From assembly GCA_050011875.1 (NCBI GenBank), contig JBEKIG010000003.1, positions 96,001 through 160,000 on the forward strand: a DNA stretch of 64,000 nt, read 5' to 3'. Position 1 is the first letter of the stretch. Every line of letters starts with the position of its first letter. The stretch is from Nitrososphaeria archaeon (GTDB lineage: Archaea; Thermoproteota; Nitrososphaeria; JACIWG01). The position numbers and the translations under genes are program-made. Of the stretch, positions 40,333 through 47,580 are shown piece after piece. Under the pieces are notes generated by a model. That model was not told the DNA's origin and searched no databases. It worked only from the letters and a program-made list of their open reading frames with translations.

Positions 40333-41553
40333 ATGACACTAGTTGAAAAGAAGCTGGTTCAAAAGCAGAGGGAAGATCTACTGACAGGGTGCGAGGCTGT
40401 CGCTCATGCTGTGATGCTCGCTGACGTGGATGTGATAGCTGCCTATCCAATTCGACCTTATACGGAGGTGATGGATGCCGTCTCCAAGTTGATAGCTGAC
40501 GGCAAGTTCGAGGCGGAGTACATCATCGCTGAAGGCGAACATTCTCAGTTCGAAATCGTGAAACATGCTTCTGCCGTAGGAGCACGAGTCTTCGCGGGAA
40601 GTAGTGGGACTGGGTGGATGTATGCAATGGAAGCACTTGCAGTGACGGCATCAGATAGACTGCCTGTGGTAGCACTCGTTGGAAATAGAGCGCTAGATGA
40701 TCCGGGCGCATTCGGAGTTGAGCACAACGATGCGCTTGCCGTCCGAGACCTTGGATGGCTGCTCGTCTGGGCTGCGACTGCGCAGGAAGCTCTTGATACT
40801 ACGTTACTTCTGTATAGAATAGCAGAGGATCCACAAGTGATGTTCCCCGCTGCTCTCGCGATGGATGGGGGATTTCTCACACACTCGCAACATATGGTCA
40901 GGATACCCTCCAAGGAGCTCGTTAACAAGTTCCTTCCCCCTTACAGTCTTGGTGATCGAAGACTGCACCCCGACAACCCGATATCTATCGCACCTCAGGC
41001 AAATGAGGACTGGGTCATAGAAATTCGTAAGCAGAATGCAGAAGCAACCAAACAAGTTCCAGCCGTTGTCAACAAAGCATACAAAGAATTCGAGGAAGTC
41101 TTCAATCGTGATCTAGGGAATCCATGGCTCGAGGAATACATGATGGAGGATGCTGACGTGACAATTCTTGGTATGGGCACACTCGCTATAACTGCTAAAG
41201 CAGCTGTGAAGCGACTGAGGAAACGCGGTCTAAAAGTTGGAGTGGTTCGCCCGAAGTGGTTCAGACCATTTCCAACAGAACTTCTGAAGAAGATACTTTC
41301 TCCGGTCGGCGCGGTCGCAGTAGTAGACCGTGACTTTGCATACGGCTCTCCCTTCTACTCAGGTGTCCTGTATAGTGAAATACGATCAACCCTGTACGGT
41401 TCGAGGAACCGTCCAACGATAACAAACTTCATAGCAGGATTAGGAGGTAGAGAGATTTCTATAGCGGAAGTCATCAAGATGATTGAAGCGACTTACAAGG
41501 CAAAAGAGGAAGGGGTCGATGACTACGTGCAATGGGTAGGAGTGAGGGAGTAG
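40333..41553 (+). CDS. 2-oxoacid:ferredoxin oxidoreductase alpha subunit, YPIRP (oxalate oxidoreductase-like) clade
   Basis: GCEAVAHAV.LADVDVI.AYPIRPYT, EGEH, NRALDDPGAFG.EH, FRPFP, AGLGG. Confidence 0.9.
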   Translation: MTLVEKKLVQKQREDLLTGCEAVAHAVMLADVDVIAAYPIRPYTEVMDAVSKLIADGKFEAEYIIAEGEHSQFEIVKHASAVGARVFAGSSGTGWMYAMEALAVTASDRLPVVALVGNRALDDPGAFGVEHNDALAVRDLGWLLVWAATAQEALDTTLLLYRIAEDPQVMFPAALAMDGGFLTHSQHMVRIPSKELVNKFLPPYSLGDRRLHPDNPISIAPQANEDWVIEIRKQNAEATKQVPAVVNKAYKEFEEVFNRDLGNPWLEEYMMEDADVTILGMGTLAITAKAAVKRLRKRGLKVGVVRPKWFRPFPTELLKKILSPVGAVAVVDRDFAYGSPFYSGVLYSEIRSTLYGSRNRPTITNFIAGLGGREISIAEVIKMIEATYKAKEEGVDDYVQWVGVRE

Positions 41554-41567
41554 TAGGTGGTTAGAAT

Positions 41568-42545
41568 ATGACAGATGAAATCGTCTTCGAAAAGATCAGG
41601 GGAATACACAACGTACTCAGGGAAGAGTTCTACTCTTCAGGGCACAGGACCTGTGAGGGTTGCGAGCCTGCGATGGTAATGAGGATGTTCAGCAAGGCAG
41701 CTGGACCTCGCACTATTGCGCTAGGCACTACAGGATGCATGTATGTTGCTAATACTGCATACATGACCACACCCTGGGTCATTCCGTGGATGCACGCGCA
41801 ACTCGGAGCAGGCGGCTCGTCGGCCCTAGGGACTTCAGCAGGCCTTAGAGCGTTGATGAAGAAAGGAAAGATTCCCAAGGAGAAGATCAACACCATAGCC
41901 TTCTGCGGTGACTTAGGCGGAGCTGATATGGGTCTTGCCGCAATCTCCTCGGCTCTTCAGACCGACTATGACCTCTTGATAATTCTCTACGATAACGAGT
42001 CCGCTGCCAACACGGACATTCAGGCCACGGGAATGACCACGTGGGGCGCTCAGACAACATTCACGCCGACCGGGTCGGTGAAAAGGATCATGCAGAATAG
42101 GTGGAAGAAGAATGTTGCTCCGATGCTTGCTGCCGGTCATCCGAACGTGAAGTACATCGCAACCGCAATCGCATCCTACCCTCCTTTGGACCTCCTCAAC
42201 AAAGTCAGGAAGGCCCTCTCGGTCGGGGGGCCGACCTTCATCCATACACTTGCCCCTTGTCCCAAGGGCTGGGACTATCACCCACGCTATTCCGACAAGC
42301 TAGGGGAGCTGGCGGCGAGGACGGGTATCTTCCCTGTCTACGAAATTGAGAACGGGGTAGCTAGGCTGACCTACAAACCACCAACGCCCAGAGTTCCAGT
42401 CCGGGAATATCTTGAGATGCAGGGTAGATTTGCGCACTTCAAGGACGAAGACTTTCAATACGTGCAGAGCCACGTTGACGCGATGTGGGAAGACTGGGAA
42501 TTGCCGGGGATAGTTCCCATAAAGGATGGTCGCATCAAATCTTAG
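41568..42545 (+). CDS. 2-oxoacid:ferredoxin oxidoreductase beta (TPP-binding) subunit, OOR-like
   Basis: GHRTCEGC, TGCMYVANT, GDLG...YDNES.ANT, TTFTP, GHP..KY.AT, APCPKGW. Confidence 0.9.
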   Translation: MTDEIVFEKIRGIHNVLREEFYSSGHRTCEGCEPAMVMRMFSKAAGPRTIALGTTGCMYVANTAYMTTPWVIPWMHAQLGAGGSSALGTSAGLRALMKKGKIPKEKINTIAFCGDLGGADMGLAAISSALQTDYDLLIILYDNESAANTDIQATGMTTWGAQTTFTPTGSVKRIMQNRWKKNVAPMLAAGHPNVKYIATAIASYPPLDLLNKVRKALSVGGPTFIHTLAPCPKGWDYHPRYSDKLGELAARTGIFPVYEIENGVARLTYKPPTPRVPVREYLEMQGRFAHFKDEDFQYVQSHVDAMWEDWELPGIVPIKDGRIKS

Positions 42546-42546
42546 G

Positions 42547-42664
42547 TTGTCGTAACTCGAATCAGTAGTGACCGACGCATCCAGAATGGTACACCAGCGG
42601 TAGCCTTGAAGGTTGCACTGGTGTCGGTGATGTAAATGCTCCACGCAAGGGAGTTACGTGACAA
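42547..42664. ncRNA. Putative structured RNA/long hairpin element of unknown class
   Basis: Nested complementary segments TTGTCGTAACTC/GAGTTACGTGACAA, ACCGAC/GTCGGT, ACCAG/CTGGT and an apical hairpin. Confidence 0.35.
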
Positions 42665-43198
42665 TGGGGGGAAAAAGATATTTCGGCGGCTCTGGAAAAT
42701 TAAGCTTTATGAGAGAAAGATATTCCTTTATGTATTTGGCATCTTGATCGTCGTTTATTAAAAAAAATTGAACGAACTTCAAACAGTTACATCTTGGACT
42801 AAAGCTCATGTGTCAGGTTACCCATAAATATAACCTACCAGTACCTGTTAAGACACTTTTTGACCTGTCTGGTATGAGTTTAGCGGGACGTGGAAACGTT
42901 CACTTTAGGGAAAAACACCTATTCTGCTGGTATGGCGACCATTGAGAACAGGATTAATGTTTTCCTTTTATCTATCACCTTTTCCATGTCACCTCTTGCA
43001 ATTGTGGATATATTGCAATTTATTAAAGGGTTTTTCAGAATCCAACCAAAATGTACTCCTAATGTTGCACAAATTATACCAAATTTAAGATGAGGCCGTT
43101 TGTAGGCATCTTGTTCACTAAAGATCCAATGGGCTCTGAAGAATGGTTTAAGCCCCCTAGGCATTCCATGGCGCATATTAGCAATCGGTATCTTTTGC

Positions 43199-43396
43199 TT
43201 GGCTCTTGGTCTTGTCATCTTCATTTTAGGGGCAGTAATAGTAAATTATAATAATCCTTTAAACCCCTCTGCTCTCCTTCTACTAGGAGGGTTAGTCGGA
43301 ATGATAATTGGTGGATTATTTATGGCATTTGGTTTCATACTAACCGTTTATGGTACTCTAAAATATATTTTCAGTAAATCATTAGTCTCTAATTAA
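43199..43396 (+). CDS. Small membrane protein, probably the 3' part of a decayed gene
   Basis: Two hydrophobic helices. The frame continues upstream without a clear start codon. Confidence 0.4.
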   Translation: MALGLVIFILGAVIVNYNNPLNPSALLLLGGLVGMIIGGLFMAFGFILTVYGTLKYIFSKSLVSN

Positions 43397-43570
43397 GAGA
43401 TTAACTAAATATCAAATTTGACGAGTTCTTCCCTAAAAATAAATATTATTAAATTTCCTGCAATAAAACTTTAAACTCGTCCTTTTTCTCACCCATCTGT
43501 TTAAGTGTTGGCTAAACTAAGTTTATTATAAGCACAAAATCCTAAATACAAAGTTAGAAAGAAAGAATTG

Positions 43571-43705
43571 ATGTGGGAGGAAAGTGCAAGAAAACCAATC
43601 CCAATGAGAGTAAAACGTGCAGTCTACCTAAGAGCTAAGGGAAGATGTAAAAAATGTCATATTAATTTAAAAATGGAGGAAGGTGATTTCCATCACACTA
43701 ATTAG
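43571..43705 (+). pseudogene. Truncated HNH endonuclease N-terminus (44 aa)
   Basis: MWEESARKPIPMRVKRAVYLRAKGRCKKCH...GDFHHTN* stops right after the first HNH histidines. Confidence 0.65.
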
Positions 43706-43817
43706 TTTCCAGAACTCTTTAATACGCTATTATTGGCATCAACCCTTAGGCTTCATTTTGCAGGAGACGTAGAAGGCATCAGAAAAGTGTGCATAATCTA
43801 AAAAAGAATATATATAA

Positions 43818-43904
43818 ACGAAAGTGCAATAAATCGAAGTTAAAAGGTTTGGACTATTTTCTGGAAATATACAATTAAAAAAAAGAGATCAAGAATTTAT
43901 ATTA
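43818..43904 (+). repeat. Direct repeat A, copy 1 (about 87 bp)
   Basis: Near-identical to 46311-46396. Confidence 0.95.
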
Positions 43905-43945
43905 AAGTTTTTCATAATAAATAATGTAGGAATACCGATAGGTAA

Positions 43946-44151
43946 ATGAGCCAAAATAAGACCGTTGAAGTGAAGGTACGAATTCCGAGAACATATTTGA
44001 GTTTCTTAAAGGCTGGTGCGATTTCTTTAATGAAGACATGGATGATGAGCTTGAAGCGTCGATTATAGCTGGTGCTAGCAGTCTCATTAATCAGTTCGAA
44101 CCCGATCGAGCTGATAAGCTGAGAGAAGCGTATAAACTCAATGAATGTTAG
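43946..44151 (+). pseudogene. Frameshifted ribbon-helix-helix (CopG-like) small gene
   Basis: MSQNKTVEVKVRIP, then a 1-nt shift to ENIFEFLKGWCDFF...AYKLNEC*. A hairpin and T-run follow. Confidence 0.5.
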
Positions 44152-44313
44152 GGGAACTTTCCCTCTTTTTTTCCTATTTAATAATAACGATTTTACCGAT
44201 ATTTTTTATCGGCGATTGTGCTTTGGTCTATGGGTGCGTCCCCTTCGACGTCGATTTCTACCTTTAGTCATTGACTCAGAGGGTTGTCGTGCCTCTTTAT
44301 TACGTTTAGTTAA

Positions 44314-44400
44314 ATCCATTGACTGATTTTATTCTGTCATCGATAGATGTTATTTTGTCATTGACTTTTTGTTATGCTGTCATCGATTTATTGATATTTT
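44314..44400. repeat. Four degenerate tandem 21-22 bp units with core GTCATYGAY
   Basis: Cores at 44315 (degenerate), 44336, 44357 and 44379; an extra GTCATTGAC at 44267. Confidence 0.7.
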
Positions 44401-44507
44401 GGTAAATGCATGATGTCATTCTTTTCAATCATATGAAATAAATCTCTCGTAGTATTCTTTAAAAGCTTCTTTCAATAATGATAACAGATCGAGGAAGAGG
44501 GTAATGT

Positions 44508-44657
44508 ATGATCTGGATAAAGGGAATAGGAGCTTTCATTGCAATAGAGGGAGCCGCGAACATCTGGTACTGGTGGGACGACAAACATCCCTGGTACTTT
44601 CAAGTAGGAAGATTGCTGAGAACTGTCTTCGGTATTGTATTAGTTGTCTTGGGTTAA
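44508..44657 (+). CDS. 49-aa two-helix membrane protein (missing from the ORF track)
   Basis: MIWIKGIGAFIAIEGAANIWYWWDDKHPWYFQVGRLLRTVFGIVLVVLG*, with a purine-rich RBS-like sequence upstream. Confidence 0.55.
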   Translation: MIWIKGIGAFIAIEGAANIWYWWDDKHPWYFQVGRLLRTVFGIVLVVLG

Positions 44658-44770
44658 GCGAAAAATTATGATGCAGGAAATTTCCTGGCGGGAGATAATG
44701 AGCTGAAGGTGAGATCATATGTTACAGTTATTATTCTTGAATAGAAAGATTTTTAATGAAGTTATGATGA

Positions 44771-45430
44771 TTGATTATTAGAATGGATCAATATACAGAA
44801 CCAGATTATAGTAGTATTGGATTAGTTACTATTGATACACAAAATGATTTCTCATTAAAAGGAGCAGTTTATGAAATCAAAGGAACCTATGAAGTAATTC
44901 CAAATATGGTTAAAGTTTTGAATAAATTCAGAGAAAAGAATAAACTGATAATGCATGTCGTTAGGATATATAAAAAAGATGGCTCTAATGTTGATATTTG
45001 TAGAAAAAAGAAGGTGGAAGAAGGGTTAAAAGTAATTGCTCCAAATTCCATAGGCTCTGAATTAGTCAAGGAATTGAAGCCAAACACCGTTAGATTAGAT
45101 GCTGAAAAATTATTGAAGGGTGAAATTCAGAAAATTGCCCAAAATGAATTTGTAATTTATAAATCTAGATGGGGCGCATTTTACAAAACTCCATTAGAAA
45201 CTTTTCTTAAAGAAAAAGGGGTTATAACATTAGTTTTTACGGGATGTAATTTTCCAAATTGTCCAAGAACATCAATATATGAAGCTAGTGAAAGAGATTT
45301 TAAACTGGTTGTAATAGAAGATGCTATATCTGGTATATATGATAAGGGTGTTGAGGAATTGAAAAATATTTGCTGTGAAGTTATAGGAACGGAAGGTTTC
45401 TTAAAGAAATTCAGTGACAAGTCTTTATAG
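44771..45430 (+). CDS. Isochorismatase-family cysteine hydrolase
   Basis: TIDTQNDF, K.RWGAFY.T.L, GCNFPNCPRTS..EA.ERDF; AT-rich. Confidence 0.9.
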   Translation: MIIRMDQYTEPDYSSIGLVTIDTQNDFSLKGAVYEIKGTYEVIPNMVKVLNKFREKNKLIMHVVRIYKKDGSNVDICRKKKVEEGLKVIAPNSIGSELVKELKPNTVRLDAEKLLKGEIQKIAQNEFVIYKSRWGAFYKTPLETFLKEKGVITLVFTGCNFPNCPRTSIYEASERDFKLVVIEDAISGIYDKGVEELKNICCEVIGTEGFLKKFSDKSL

Positions 45431-45522
45431 GAACATATTGTGTTTGACGGTATCAAGGGATCTGCGAAATGCTGATAAATCAGATAAAGATAAAGGTACA
45501 AGCTCGTTATAGACTTTCTATC

Positions 45523-45690
45523 CTATTCAACAATTAATATTTTTAGCTCATCTTTATCTTATATCTCTTTTAGTCTTTGTGGGCTATAGTCGGTGTAATG
45601 TCTTGCCAACACACTCTTAGGAACCCTATTACAGAAGGCATCAACATGCCAATCGGGAACCTACCTTCCCATTCCAGAACAGCATCGAAA
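45523..45690 (-). pseudogene. Tyrosine integrase C-terminal remnant
   Basis: The minus strand reads CSGMGR*VPDWHVDAFCNRVPKSVLARHYTDYSPQRLKEI*DKDELKILIVE*, the catalytic-Tyr region of archaeal integrases with internal stops. Confidence 0.85.
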
Positions 45691-45901
45691 CATAGAAGTT
45701 AAGAAATCTCTATTTGATTGAAGAATAAGGGCTTCTTTAAATAGGAGGATCACTATCAAAAAACCGATAGATATGTGTCTTAACAGATTTTATACCGTTA
45801 AAGGAGGCTATCTCACTAAGAGCATAAGCTATCAATGGCTTAGACAACTAAGAAGCTATAGAAACAGCTAACCAATCTTATTTGTGATTTTAGACAACTA
45901 G

Positions 45902-46336
45902 TTGATGAACGTGAACATTAAGCTGCAAATATTCAAGATGAAAGAAGCAAGTGGAACTTCTCTGGCACAACGCTATCGCTGCGCAGTAGTTGATTTGGAC
46001 AGGCCTGAAAAGTATCCCTCAAACTTTGTTTGCATGCTGCCAGCGCAAATAGGCTCAGATAAGGATAGTGCTTTTGTGAAGCTTTTTGGAGACAAAAGCA
46101 TAGAACTGGCTAGTCAACTGTTGACGGATGCGCTTGAGACAGAGACTGATGTTGAAACTAAAGCTGAAATTGGAAGAAGATTGAAGATAATTAAATCCCC
46201 TGGTGTCAATCAGGTCGAATGCAGTGTTTGCGGAAAACTGTTCAAACCTACACGCAGAAGAGGGTTCAGGCAAAAAATTTGTCCCGAATGCAGAAAAAGA
46301 ATCTATGTGGACGAAAGTGCAATAAATCGAAGTTAA
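45902..46336 (+). CDS. Hypothetical protein with C-terminal zinc finger
   Basis: CSVCGKLF...QKICPECR; intact 144-aa ORF. Confidence 0.65.
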   Translation: MMNVNIKLQIFKMKEASGTSLAQRYRCAVVDLDRPEKYPSNFVCMLPAQIGSDKDSAFVKLFGDKSIELASQLLTDALETETDVETKAEIGRRLKIIKSPGVNQVECSVCGKLFKPTRRRGFRQKICPECRKRIYVDESAINRS

Positions 46337-46396
46337 AAGGTTTGGACTATTTTCTGGAAATATACAATTAAAAAAAGAAATCAAGAATTAATATTA
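46311..46396 (+). repeat. Direct repeat A, copy 2 (3' end of the Zn-finger gene plus downstream sequence)
   Basis: Near-identical to 43818-43904. Confidence 0.95.
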
Positions 46397-46500
46397 CCAG
46401 TTCAATTAGTACCAGGAAATAGATATTATATAAAGATTAAAACTGAATCTTATAGCTATTTATTTAATATGTTTCCGAGTATATAAATAGACTATCTAAC

Positions 46501-46854
46501 TTATTCAACAATTAATATTTTTAGCTCAGCTTTATCTTATATATAATGGAATAGAATATGATTAATTGTTCTCTTGAAGGGACGCATCTGACCGTGTATT
46601 TCTTAGGGTAATTTGAACTCTTTAGCCCAATCCATTTTAAAATACTTGCCGTAAAATATCCTGACGAATTTTATGAAATTCGCAATACTCCTTTCTTCAG
46701 ATTTCCTTGTCATTATAATGTCTTGTATGTCTTTAAATGAGGCAGTTTCAGGTTTAACATATTTTGGAACATATTTATAATAAATTTCATAATTATCTAT
46801 AGTTCTTTGCGGCAAAATTATAAACCTCACTGGAGCATCGCCCAACCTGGCCAT
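46501..46854 (-). pseudogene. Tyrosine integrase remnant: core-binding region, frameshift, catalytic domain deleted
   Basis: ...ANFIKFVRIFYGKYF..DWAKEFKLP, a 1-nt shift to KKYTVRCVPSREQLIIFY, then a jump to DKAELKILIVE*. Confidence 0.7.
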
Positions 46855-47214
46855 TCCATGGAATCAAATCGTGGTCTCCCTCTACAACAGAGCTTGATGG
46901 TCAACCTCACCTAATTTTCCTTGGCATGGACAAGCAGGATGTCTTTCCCCAAATTTAAGAAATCGTTTGAATTCTTAGTTCAAATTAATAAAGCTAAACG
47001 ATATTCTTATTTTTGCCTTTGCAACTATAGGACAATCACTTACATAAAATCGCACAGTCAGGTGCATCCTAGGACATTGGCGGGTGCTGTCTTTGACTGC
47101 GTCTGCTCATTTATGCTGCAGTCCACCGTTTGCATGGGCATAATTTGGCACAAATGCCCCTGTCAATGGCAGTGAGAAGTGGTGTCCTGCAGTTGCATTT
47201 TTTTGTCTGTTGGC

Positions 47215-47296
47215 TGCACCTGACTGCACCTTGCTGCACCTTTGATTGCACCCTACTGCACCCTGATGCACCTGCCATTGCACCTAAAGTTGCACC
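47215..47296. repeat. Array of eight TGCACC motifs spaced 10-12 bp
   Basis: Starts at 47215, 47225, 47235, 47247, 47257, 47267, 47279 and 47291. Confidence 0.9.
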
Positions 47297-47442
47297 TGCT
47301 AGTCTTCAATTATGGGTTCCAAGTTACTCGTCTGGTAAGTTATGACTCTCCTTCTAAACATCAACCAGCTAGAACCAGCTTCCCTTCATTTAACATTCTT
47401 ACCAAATACTCTGTTGCACCTAAGAAAAGTAAATATATTATA

Positions 47443-47490
47443 AAATTGCCTTTAAATTGCCTTTAGATTGCCTTTAAATTGCCTTTAAAT
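47443..47490. repeat. Four tandem 11-bp repeats AAATTGCCTTT (one mismatch) plus a partial copy
   Basis: Read directly; lies just upstream of TTTATAAA (47501-47508). Confidence 0.95.
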
Positions 47491-47580
47491 CATCAAAAAC
47501 TTTATAAAATGTGAGATATTATATAAATTGATGGGAAAAGTCTTTCACATATGTGAGCAATTTCAAGGAGATAAGTTGTA

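Larger units (their letters stand above)
35821..46900. mobile_element. Decayed integrative element(s) at tRNA-Gln; may extend to 49311
   Basis: An ORF reads antisense into the tRNA. Integrase remnants lie at 45.5 and 46.5-46.85 kb. The region also has AT-rich orphans, HEPN, HNH/RHH fragments and internal direct repeats. Confidence 0.7.

Noticed and set aside
45840-45900. TTAGACAACTA repeated twice, 50 bp apart, upstream of the Zn-finger gene
   Set aside because: Two copies are not enough to call a regulatory site.
46830-46887. Possible attR (copy of the tRNA-Gln 3' half)
   Set aside because: Only short gapped matches that could arise by chance, so it is not listed as a feature.
47215-47490. 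Repeat arrays as a CRISPR array
   Set aside because: The units are 6-11 bp with no 30-40 bp spacers, and no cas genes are in the window.
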